DNA of 20,000 bases from Reclinomonas americana ATCC 50394 (lineage: Eukaryota): contig PS015018.1 of NCBI GenBank assembly GCA_048213135.1, forward strand, positions 48,348 to 68,347. Reading direction: 5' to 3'. Within the stretch, counting starts at the first letter, position 1. The number at the start of each line of letters is the position of its first letter. Made by a program: the position numbers and the translations under genes. Under the pieces are notes generated by a model, which made no database searches, was not told the DNA's origin, and saw only the letters and a list, made by a program, of their open reading frames with translations. Positions 1 through 10,616 of the stretch are shown here, piece after piece.

Positions 1-1257
1 GGCGACGCACCCAACGGCGGCAGCAGCATCGGCGACTGTGGAAGTTGACGAACGTGCTGTGACTGTGCTTGTTGCAGTAGCAGTAGTTGCTGCTGCTGCT
101 GCTGTTGTTGTTGTTGTTGTTGTAGTTGCTGACTCGCCAAGCGTGTGGCCACCGGAGAAGAGAGCAGCAGCGTTGAATCCGCGGCTGTCGCCGACGGCAT
201 CGGTAGTGAGGCGAGCATCGGCGGCACCGACGGTCTGGTGGTGACTGATGAAACAGCCGGTACTACGACACGCTGCATTGTGGGTGACAAGCCGGTGGGT
301 ACTGTGGTCGTGGTGCTGGTGCTGCTGGCCATCATCATAGCCGGAGTCACCATCGAAGCGCCACCGCTGCGACTCATGAATGCCGACGACGGCGACCGTG
401 ACGAGGAGCTGACCAGGCTGGCACGCCGCGCCTGGGATGGTGAGTCCTCGCCCTCGGGCCTGTCATCGTCGGACGCAGAGTCCGACGGTCCATACGGGTG
501 ATGCCGATCCGACGCAGCAACACCCGGCGACCGACGGCGACCGCCCATCACCGCCGCAGAATACGCCCGCCGTCCTCGCTTGCCTTTTGGCGGCGAGTCC
601 TGGCCATAAGTCTGCGATAACAACAACAGCGCAATCAGTTGTCCGACCACAGTGCAGTGATGACGCTGGCTGGTTTCACACATACCGGTGAGTCGGGAGC
701 GTCATCGACACCCGAGCCTGGTGTCTTGGCTTTCCGTCGTCGGTTCTCGAACCATACCCTGCGACGCCCGCAATACTTTGCTGTGAGGCGCGCGGAAACA
801 ACTGTAACGAAAACAAACACACGCAACGTTACACTCGTCAGAGTGCGTCCGAATGCCGCGGCAATCTCCTCCTTCTCGTGCCTTGTCGGGAACGAGTTGG
901 TCTTGTACATGGTCTCCAGGATGTGCAGCTAGCAGCAGCAGCAGGCCCATCAGTCACAGTGACAAACACATACAGTCTCAGTCTCAAAAAATGAATCCGT
1001 GCACAAACCTGCTCTGGCGTGTACTTTTTGTACGAGCGCGACTTGTGCTGCTGCGAGCGCGCCTGTATGCTCTGCACAAGCGACGCCGCCGTGGCAGACA
1101 GAGCCGCTGCCGTGGACAACGTGGACGATGATGAGGGTGAGGCAGGCATGGTACCAATGGTGATTGGGGGCGCCACAATGCGCATCAAGGACGGCGGCTG
1201 TTGATGAACAGGAAAGTCGGTGTTGCGATTGCCACTTGGCTGCTGGTCCATCAGCAT
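1..1257 (-). CDS. Homeodomain transcription factor (3' end runs off the window); Ser/Pro-rich, with poly-Gln C-terminal region
   Basis: Exons 1257-1009, 928-828, 758-686, 611-<1 (GT-AG introns 1008-929, 827-759, 685-612) give ...KSRSYKKYTPEQ|LHILETMYKTNSFPTRHEKEEIAAAFGRTLTSVT|VWFENRRRKAK. This has homeodomain spacing L16, Y20, P26, A35, W48-F49-x-N51-R52-R53. ATG 1257 is tentative because an acceptor-like CAG lies just upstream. Confidence 0.9.
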
Positions 1258-2227
1258 TGTCTGACACACGCGGTGTGGGCGGCAAGGGGCAAGAGAGAGC
1301 AAGAGCTTTCTGGACACCAGCATACACAAAGTGAGCTGATATTGTTGACAAAAAGACAAGATCGCGCGTTGCTTCTGCTCACGCACCAAGCACGCCAATA
1401 AGTGGTGAGAAAGGCGAGACAGAGAGACAGAGAGAGGGTTGAATGAGAACAATGAGAACCGAGAGTGGCAAGCATGATCAATTTTTTTGTTTTCTCTCCA
1501 ACAGGCAGGCATGCACCAAGCGCACCAATAAGCAGCGGCACATGTAACAAGCATGCAGCACCACACACAAGATGCTTGAGGGACGACGCGCGCGAGAGAG
1601 AGAGAGAAAAGAGGCAAAAAAGTTGTAGTATTCCCCTTGCGCCGGTATGACTGTGTGCACGTGGTGCGCTCTGCTCGCACACACAAAGAGCTTTCTGCAT
1701 CACTGTCAACACAAAAAAAGAGGCAATAAAAAAAGGAAAACACAATGCACTTTCGCTGTGTGTGTATATAATGCGCGTGTGTTTGTGTGTGTGCAAGACA
1801 GGAGAGTGTGCGAGAATGTTCGAGTTCAGTGCACCAGTGTGACTGGAAATGCTGCAGAAGACTGAAAGAAAAGGAGTACTTATTTTTGTGTCTCACCTTC
1901 AACACACTCACATGTGGGTGAGAAGAAGCGACGTGCACATGACAGGTGGAGAGACAGCGAGAGAGCGGGGGGGAATGTGAACAAGAATCAATCATTATTT
2001 TGTGGCAAGAGGGAAAACGGTCTCGTCCCTCTCTCTCTCTCTCTCCCCTTTCGTGTGTGTGTCTCTCTCGCCTGCTCGTGCATATGTGTGTCTCTCGGTA
2101 TACAATACGTGAGGGATGTTCACCTGTGTTCCGCGTGCGTCCCCGTGTGCTCTTCGCTCCTGCGACAAAGAAAGAAAAACAACAACCAGTGTTGTGCTGG
2201 AAGGGCACTCCGGCTCCGTATCCCCGT

Positions 2228-2563
2228 ATGGTAGGGATCCTGACAATTCGCCATTGGCCGTTTTCGTACACACACGCGATGCCGTCTTTTCTCTCGCACA
2301 CCCGCGCCATGACAGGCTCCGGTTCTCGTGCTTTCCCTCTTTTTGCGAGTATGGTCATTCCACACGTGGCGTGCACGCTACATCGTCATTGGAGGGCGCA
2401 TTGGATTCCTTGCAATATGGTTGTTGGTGATACTGCAGCCTTCGGGCGCGTTGTGTTTGCTGCCTTTGGCGTGCCCCGCTTGCTCGGGATGTCCGGAAGA
2501 GGCGTGTCATACCACAGCAGAAGAAGAGCAGCTGCCCATCGATACTGCTACGGTCGCTCCGAG
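2228..2563 (+). CDS. Possible 5' exons of an unknown membrane-anchored protein (runs into a gap)
   Basis: ATG 2228|GTAGGG...ACAG 2315|APVLVLSLFLRVWSFHTWRARYIVIGGRIGFLAIWLLVILQPSGALCLLPLACPACSGCPEEAC..., then AG|GTCGCA at 2564 and a CAG at 2735-2737. Hydrophobic segment plus Cys cluster; no homology recognised. Confidence 0.25.
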
Positions 2564-4722
2564 GTCGCATGTTGACTCGGCGAGCGATAACCAAACACGG
2601 CAACGTACATGTAACAAGAGCCCGCGCAGCACGCCTTCACTCACGCCCTTCACTCTTCCAGCAGGCCACCGCCCCACACCGCTTCCTCCCCACCAAACCC
2701 CTCTCTGTCCCCCTTCCTCCGCTGCACAGACCCCCAGNNNNNNNNNNNNNNNNNNNNNNNNNNNNNNNNNNNNNNNNNNNNNNNNNNNNNNNNNNNNNNN
2801 NNNNNNNNNNNNNNNNNNNNNNNNNNNNNNNNNNNNNNNNNNNNNNNNNNNNNNNNNNNNNNNNNNNNNNNNNNNNNNNNNNNNNNNNNNNNNNNNNNNN
2901 NNNNNNNNNNNNNNNNNNNNNNNNNNNNNNNNNNNNNNNNNNNNNNNNNNNNNNNNNNNNNNNNNNNNNNNNNNNNNNNNNNNNNNNNNNNNNNNNNNNN
3001 NNNNNNNNNNNNNNNNNNNNNNNNNNNNNNNNNNNNNNNNNNNNNNNNNNNNNNNNNNNNNNNNNNNNNNNNNNNNNNNNNNNNNNNNNNNNNNNNNNNN
3101 NNNNNNNNNNNNNNNNNNNNNNNNNNNNNNNNNNNNNNNNNNNNNNNNNNNNNNNNNNNNNNNNNNNNNNNNNNNNNNNNNNNNNNNNNNNNNNNNNNNN
3201 NNNNNNNNNNNNNNNNNNNNNNNNGAAAACAGTCAGCGACTTACAGACAATCAACAAAAGATACGGACGACGGATAGCGCTGTATCCTGCTTCCTTGATG
3301 CACACGTTCTATATGTGTGCAACAATCTCACTCACTTACTCACTAGCAGCACAAGCAAATGTCCCGATCAACGCACACTCTTCTTGAAGGCGCTTTTCCA
3401 AGAGTGGAAAAAGCTCCCAATCGACACCATTAAAAAAAGAGAGCACAAGAGAGACACACACAATACATGGCAACGTACACAGGCATACACACACGCGCGC
3501 AGCTTCCCCCACGGAACACAGATGCCCAGAAAAGGAGCCTAGTAGATTGCTCGACGCGCAGTATGCGAGAGAGAGGACGGCGCGGTGGAGAATGACCAGA
3601 AAAGGAGAAGTCGTCAAGCGAACCGAACACCGGCATTATTCGCATGCGCGCGCAAGAGACTTTCTGTGTTGTCCAGAAAGAAAGAAAAAGTGGGGGTGTC
3701 GCGACGCAGAATACAGAGTTTGACACGAAAATCAGGAGAGGGAGTATGGGCATGTGCGGCGTGGAAACAGGGACGGAAAAAGAAGAAGAAGAACGGCAGA
3801 AAGAGTGCGTGTGTATTTGATGAGAATGGGAGGAAAAAAGAAACGACCGAAAGAGACCCAATAAAGTATCTCTTTTGCAACAGCCAACTGCAGCAAAAAA
3901 GCAATACGCGTTGCCGGCTCGGCGGCGGAAGGAGTAGGGTGGAAGAGAAGGAAAGAGAGAGCGGGTGCTCGGATACGACACGCGAGACACGCGAGCGGGG
4001 AGAAAATAAAGATGCTTGCATCAAACGACAAATCCCCGCAAGAGTGACGAGAAAAACAAGGCGACATACCCGCACACAAGCGTGGCAGAGACGCCGCCAG
4101 CGTGGAAACAGGGGAGACGAGCGAAAAGTAGTAGTGAAACCAGAGGCGGCAACGGTGAAAAACAGGGAGAAAACACGTCCCACCACAAAACAACAACGGG
4201 GCACACACACAAGAAGAGGTGAGTAGGGCAGAGGAGTAGAGGGAGACGAGAGCATCAGGGGTTGCATGCAAGCTGCAGGGGAGGAGATAGAGAGAAAAGG
4301 GCAACCAGCACGGAAACATGTCCCCCTACACAAAGAGAGAGAAGTACTCTTGCATTGTAGCGCAGGGGTACGCGCAGCAAGACTAGCACACACAGCAGCA
4401 GCCGGAGGTCAAGAGAAGAGTTGACAGCAGGGAGAGAGAAAAAGAGAGACAGCGACTGTCATTTCCGCGTGTGCATATTCGACAAAAGCGAATGGTCGAC
4501 GCATGCAGATATCGCAGCGAGAGAACATCGGCGAGATGAAGACGATAGAATAACAACCCGTGCAGTGAGAAACACTCTCATCGAGGCACAAAGACACAGA
4601 GAGGCGAGCAAGCGAGGGAGAGGAATAATGATTGATCTTCACGCATGCGAGGAAACAGCCAGCAAGAATCATTAATGTCGTGAAGAGGAAACGTGTGCCG
4701 TGATGCTACATAGAGAAAGGGA

Positions 4723-4726
<4 letters not shown>

Positions 4727-4819
<93 letters not shown>

Positions 4820-4820
4820 G

Positions 4821-4856
<36 letters not shown>
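4727..4856. repeat. (GA)n microsatellite at a contig end
   Basis: About 130 nt of near-perfect GA repeat; (GA)n resumes at 5547-5576 after the gap. Confidence 0.95.
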
Positions 4857-4857
<1 letters not shown>

Positions 4858-5546
4858 GAGACGAGACGAGACGACGACGACGACGACGTACGTACGTAGT
4901 AGTAGTACGTAGTAGTAGTAGTANNNNNNNNNNNNNNNNNNNNNNNNNNNNNNNNNNNNNNNNNNNNNNNNNNNNNNNNNNNNNNNNNNNNNNNNNNNNN
5001 NNNNNNNNNNNNNNNNNNNNNNNNNNNNNNNNNNNNNNNNNNNNNNNNNNNNNNNNNNNNNNNNNNNNNNNNNNNNNNNNNNNNNNNNNNNNNNNNNNNN
5101 NNNNNNNNNNNNNNNNNNNNNNNNNNNNNNNNNNNNNNNNNNNNNNNNNNNNNNNNNNNNNNNNNNNNNNNNNNNNNNNNNNNNNNNNNNNNNNNNNNNN
5201 NNNNNNNNNNNNNNNNNNNNNNNNNNNNNNNNNNNNNNNNNNNNNNNNNNNNNNNNNNNNNNNNNNNNNNNNNNNNNNNNNNNNNNNNNNNNNNNNNNNN
5301 NNNNNNNNNNNNNNNNNNNNNNNNNNNNNNNNNNNNNNNNNNNNNNNNNNNNNNNNNNNNNNNNNNNNNNNNNNNNNNNNNNNNNNNNNNNNNNNNNNNN
5401 NNNNNNNNNNNNNNNNNNNNNNNNNNNNNNNNNNNNNNNNNNNNNNNNNNNNNNNNNNNNNNNNNNNNNNNNNNNNNNNNNNNNNNNNNNNNNNNNNNNN
5501 NNNNNNNNNNNNNNNNNNNNNNNNNNNNNNNNNNNNNNNNNNNNNN

Positions 5547-5581
<35 letters not shown>

Positions 5582-6564
5582 AGAAGAGGAGCGGACGTTC
5601 TGGCGAAGGAGACTGCTGTAACTGGAGCGAAGTCAGAGAGAGTGAGAAAAGAGACCAGCACGATTAGATCGCAGCACAAGTGGCAATGTTTTGGCGAAAG
5701 CAGAGGGTAGTGTGAACATCGAGGGTGGGGGAAAAGAGAGCATGCATCTGGCAATGCGCGGATGCGATGTCACGACAATGGCATACGAGAACAGTGGAGT
5801 AGTACCGCAGCAGTTCAAGAACAAGCAGCAAAGGTGAGACGTGGGTACAGAAGTGATGCGACGAAGGGAGCGCATAGAAGCGCACGTACAGAAGCACTGG
5901 TAATGGTGAGGCAGGATCCTGAAGGCACAACGAGCAGACCAAGACAGCACAGACTCGAGCACAGCGACAGAAGACAACGCACGATGGTAACGAGAGAACG
6001 ACGCACACTTCGCACGATTTCACAAACACCGGGGAGATTCGCACAGGAAGAAGAGCTTCAAAGGAAACCAGGGCAGATTTAAGTGCGTACGAGAATTACA
6101 AAGCAGTGAAACAAGAACACGCCATCAAACGACTGCGCAGCAGCGGCGATCACGTGAACGACAGTGGGACAGCACGAGCTGCGAGCGAGATGAGGCAACA
6201 CACACAGGGACACGAGAGAAGGAAGGCAGGTGAGAAGCTGACAGCGAGCAGCCACAAACGACATTAAACAAGAATGCAAGCACACACAATATTCGACACG
6301 AGAGAGCAGGAAGTCTGCGACAACCATCGGTGCAGATGACAAGAGATGGAAACGAAGCAAGAGCACAGTCACGAGGACAAGACGATACGAGCGAGCAGTT
6401 GGCTCCGTGACTGCAGACAGTCGAGCATCGGAACGAATACGCATGAAACGCAGGCACACGAGAGAGCAGGTAGTTGGTGACAGACAGCGAGCGAGCACAC
6501 TCGAGCAACGAGCGAAGCGAGAATGCATTCTAGAAAACGACACGAGAGAGCAGATGGACAGTGA

Positions 6565-6932
6565 CAGCACAAGCAACGAATGCACAACGATGAGGAAACA
6601 GACTGTTGTTGAGAGCACGTGGTATAGCGAGTGACGAGAGAGGCAAGCGAACAGCGACACGAGGGAGCGCAGTCGGCGACAGACAGCGAGTCACACAGAT
6701 AACAAGGAACGATCAAAGAACGCAACCACGAAGCCACACACGACGACAGAAGAGAGCAGCTAGCTGCTGAGGACGGCGATTGTGCAGCACAGGCAACGAA
6801 TACAAAGCGATGAGGAAACAGTACTTGACGCGAGCAGATCGTGTCAATTCCAAGTGACGAAGTGAAGCCAGCGAACAGCAACACGAGAGAGCGCATCGTC
6901 GATGAAGGGAGCAAAAGTAACGAATGCACAAC
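6565..6932 (+). repeat. Imperfect 37-nt direct repeat (two copies plus one partial)
   Basis: 6565-6601 CAGCACAAGCAACGAATGCACAACGATGAGGAAACAG vs 6785-6821 CAGCACAGGCAACGAATACAAAGCGATGAGGAAACAG (33/37 identical); AACGAATGCACAAC again at 6919-6932. Confidence 0.7.
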
Positions 6933-7092
6933 AATAGAAAAGACGGGCTATTGATGAGAGAGCACAAGAGTCGAGCACGTCGATGGGTAGGTCGCGATGG
7001 ATTACAAAGAAGCAGCGAACACACTGACACACACATCTCCACACGGGCGATCGAGAACTCTCCACGCTGCTACGCACGCTGCGCCTGTCGAC

Positions 7093-7126
<34 letters not shown>

Positions 7127-7187
7127 ATCATCCTGTTCTCTGCCTTCTCAATCTCCTTCTCCTTCTCCTTGCTGCCGACAACGAAAC

Positions 7188-7864
7188 TTGCGACGAATGG
7201 CACGAGTGCGCTTCACACGGAGATCCAACGGCAGCTGGCTCTTGCCGGCAAACGCCTTGCGTGTGTTGCTGCGGCGCTTGGCATTCAACACCGTCAACAC
7301 GCGAGCAATGTTCTTGCGCACAGACGAGCTGCGATACACAAAACACACAAAGTCAACAACACTGCTCCATCGCCCGTCCTCCTCCTCCTGCTGCTGCTGC
7401 TGGCACGCAACATCTTGCCGAGCTTGGAGGCACCACCGCTGGTCACTTGCGCGACGCGCAGTTGTGCGAGCTCCTGCTTGAGCTCGGAAAGCTGGCGCTG
7501 CAGCTCCTCAGGTGACTTCTCGCGGAGCGAGTACGCAGAGATCTTGGCTGTGTGCGTGCGTGTGCGTGTGTGAGTGACATGACATGTGCGCGCGCGAGTC
7601 ATGGCCAACAACAACAACAATCGCAGCAGAAGCAGAAGCACACAAAGGACGAGTCCTCTCTTTGCTCTCTCACTGTGTGCACGCGATGCGCGGGACCACA
7701 CCACACTCGTACGTGAGCGTGCGTGCGTGTGGGCGCACATGCATGCACATCAGACGCACTCTCTCTCTCTCTCTCTCAAGCCTGCCCTGCCCCAATCCGT
7801 CTCTGTTTTTTTCGTTCACACGCAGCACGATGCTCCCTGTCCCTGTGTACCCTACGCAACTCAT
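7188..7864 (-). CDS. RPL35: 60S ribosomal protein L35 (uL29); final exon not found in called sequence
   Basis: Exons 7864-7861, 7547-7412, 7328-7188 give [103 protein letters not shown] and PLDLRxKxTRAIRR are eukaryotic L35 motifs. Confidence 0.95.
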
Positions 7865-8205
7865 GATGATGTGGTGGCTCAGGGGGCGAGGCGCGATTGG
7901 TGAGTGTGGACTCGGTCCGTCCACTGGCACAGACCGTCGAATCCGTAACGTGTGTTTCGTATCTCGAGCTATCATGTTTTCCAGGCTGGGGCGTCTCTTG
8001 TTGCGTCCATCTTTGTATATTGTGAAAGAGAGACAGAGAGAGCGGGCTGAGCAGAGTTGAAGTGTGTGTGTGTCGTTGGGTGGAAATGGACGGCGTTCGT
8101 GTCCTCCTTTCTCTCGAGTGTCTGCGTGCGTGTGTGTTTCTCTCACGCGTGCTGGTGTGTCTCCCTCTGTATGTGGGTGGCACACNNNNNNNNNNNNNNN
8201 NNNNN

Positions 8206-9429
8206 ACGGAAGAGTCTCTTGAAGATCTTCTTGACGATCGACAAGAAGTCGCGTGGGAATGGTTGATCTGCCCACAAAGAGTCAGTCACTTGCAGCGTGA
8301 GTATGGATGACGAACAGCTGCTCCCTGCCCTCTCTCTGCTCGTGAGTGCACGTGTGCTCACCTGGCTTGGAGGGGAAGATGGTTTCTTGTGACACCGTGT
8401 CGCCAATCCATTGCATCAGCAGCTCGACATACTCCGGTGCCGACACCTTTACCGGCTTCTTCACCTTGTCGCCATCCGCCCACAAGTACTCGTACTGCAA
8501 AACAACAACAACAACAACAACTGTGAGGGGGGAGGGAAAAAACACCCCCCACACACGCTGCTGAGTGAACTGCACCTTGGGACCGGCATTCATCGTCGGG
8601 CACGTGGTCTCATCGCAAAACTCAGTGATGCTTCCGTACAACAAGTTGGTCGTGTTGTAAAAGTCAATGGCTGCGCCAAAACGGAACGGATGGAGAGAGG
8701 AGGAAGTGAGCACAGGAGAGCAAGGAGAGTGTTCTTTGCGAGGATTGACGAATTGTGAGCTCAACTGTTGACTGCCAACCACTCATTCAGTTCCTCTCCG
8801 GGTGGAAGCACCACAGCCGCTCGCAAGTCACCGCTGCCGAGGGTGGCCTTGGCCAGCTTGTGCAATGAGAACTGCTTGGTGCCCTGTGTGTGTGTGTGGA
8901 GAGATGATTGAGTGAGAGTGATCAAACCGTCGAAATACACAGAGAGAGAGAGTCNNNNNNNNNNNNNNNNNNNNNNNNNNNNNNNNNNNNNNNNNNNNNN
9001 NNNNNNNNNNNNNNNNNNNNNNNNNNNNNNNNNNNNNNNNNNNNNNNNNNNNNNNNNNNNNNNNNNNNNNNNNNNNNNNNNNNNNNNNNNNNNNNNNNNN
9101 NNNNNNNNNNNNNNNNNNNNNNNNNNNNNNNNNNNNNNNNNNNNNNNNNNNNNNNNNNNNNNNNNNNNNNNNNNNNNNNNNNNNNNNNNNNNNNNNNNNN
9201 NNNNNNNNNNNNNNNNNNNNNNNNNNNNNNNNNNNNNNNNNCGAAACTCGAATCGAGGGCGCCGGCACAAACAGCTTGCGTCTGTGCGTGAAAAGAGGGC
9301 CCGATCAATTTGTGAGGGACCTGCTGCTCATCGACACACACACGCGTGCTATCGCGCACTCTTCCTCTCTCTCTCTCATGTGCGCGTTGTTGAAGCAACT
9401 CACCGCGATGGCGACGTGCTGTCGGTCAT
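8206..9429 (-). CDS. MOB1: MOB kinase activator 1 (MOB1/phocein family), N-terminal and central exons
   Basis: Exons 8883-8766, 8670-8576, 8494-8362, 8267-8206 give [79 protein letters not shown]...[18 protein letters not shown]. Putative first exons 9429-9404 and 9281-9248 ([20 protein letters not shown]) are lower confidence. Confidence 0.9.
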
Positions 9430-9812
9430 TTTTCCTCGTCACCAACTCACTCTCTCTCACTCACACACACGATCGCTCCCTCTCACTCGCTCTCGCACAC
9501 ACACTGTCACAGTTGGCGATGTGGATACGAAGGAGTTGTTGTGATGCTGCTCTTCTCAACTCAAGCAACAAGGGACAGGACTTCTTTGATCGACACTGTA
9601 CACTCGTTGTTCGCTTTTTTTGTTTTTCGCGTGTTTTTCTTCGCGACCCGCACAGACGCGACACACACACACGCACATGCAAAGAGGGTGCGTGGAAGCG
9701 TTGCGCACTAATACATACCAACCACACATAAGACACAAACACAGAAGGACACAACACAACTTGAAGGGCTTCCACGCCGACCAAGTCCACACACACACAG
9801 ACAGTCACGCGC

Positions 9813-10125
9813 TCAAGAGAACAACGAGTTGATCAGGTCCTCCAGCGGTGCGAGTTCCTTTCGATCAATCAGATCGAACTCAAACACTGTGTACGCGCGC
9901 GCAAGTCAGCAGCAAGGAGAGGAGGATGGAGAGAAAGAGGAGGCTGGTGACGCACCAAACCACATGAAGTGCTTGAACGCCGTGTTCAAGTGTGCTTCTT
10001 CGCCGAGTTTTTGGATCTTGGCAAAGTGGCAGTAGTAAATGTGCGCTGCGCGAGAGTGATGGAGTGAGGCGGGGACGGAAGGCAGGAGGCAGGCCGCGAA
10101 TTTGCATCAGCGGCTCACCGTACAC
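9813..10125 (-). CDS. MOB1: MOB1 C-terminal exons, located upstream of the N-terminal exons on this scaffold
   Basis: Exons 10125-10119, 10045-9956, 9886-9813 give VYAHIYYCHFAKIQKLGEEAHLNTAFKHFMWFVFEFDLIDRKELAPLEDLINSLFS*, the canonical MOB1 C-terminus. Confidence 0.92.
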
Positions 10126-10616
10126 NNNNNNNNNNNNNNNNNNNNNNNNNNNNNNNNNNNNNNNNNNNNNNNNNNNNNNNNNNNNNNNNNNNNNNNNNNN
10201 NNNNNNNNNNNNNNNNNNNNNNNNNNNNNNNNNNNNNNNNNNNNNNNNNNNNNNNNNNNNNNNNNNNNNNNNNNNNNNNNNNNNNNNNNNNNNNNNNNNN
10301 NNNNNNNNNNNNNNNNNNNNNNNNNNNNNNNNNNNNNNNNNNNNNNNNNNNNNNNNNNNNNNNNNNNNNNNNNNNNNNNNNNNNNNNNNNNNNNNNNNNN
10401 NNNNNNNNNNNNNNNNNNNNNNNNNNNNNNNNNNNNNNNNNNNNNNNNNNNNNNNNNNNNNNNNNNNNNNNNNNNNNNNNNNNNNNNNNNNNNNNNNNNN
10501 NNNNNNNNNNNNNNNNNNNNNNNNNNNNNNNNNNNNNNNNNNNNNNTTCCCACTCTCACACACACTTTCCTTGGCAGCAACGCGTGGCACTCACACACTC
10601 TGTCAACCCCCCGCAG

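Noticed and set aside
1875-2005. Possible snRNA (ACTTA start and Sm-like ATTTTTGTGG)
   Set aside because: No U1 ACTTACCTG or variant complementary to the donors, and no recognisable stem-loops.
838-2376. 512-aa ORF on - and other long ORFs in 3400-7100
   Set aside because: Translations are Cys/Ser/Leu/Arg-rich products of low-complexity, stop-poor DNA. Only 1009-1257 belongs to the homeobox gene.
3355-3440. Peptide LFLKALFQEWKKLPIDTIKK reminiscent of a Tc1 transposase C-terminus
   Set aside because: No DDE core, no following SMxxR...GxxTKY motif, and no terminal inverted repeats; too short to support.
4857-4923. Odd progression GAC/GACGA, TACG, TAG repeats after (GA)n; same at 14070-14184
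   Set aside because: It occurs only where long GA repeats run into gaps and is built from TACG-order words, as expected from pyrosequencing dephasing noise. The 20-N gaps fit such an assembly. Treated as artefact.
6585-6821. GATGAGGAAAC as a hammerhead core or C/D snoRNA box C
   Set aside because: No CUGAUGA, no stem II, no matching CUGA box D or terminal stem, and it is antisense to the host gene.
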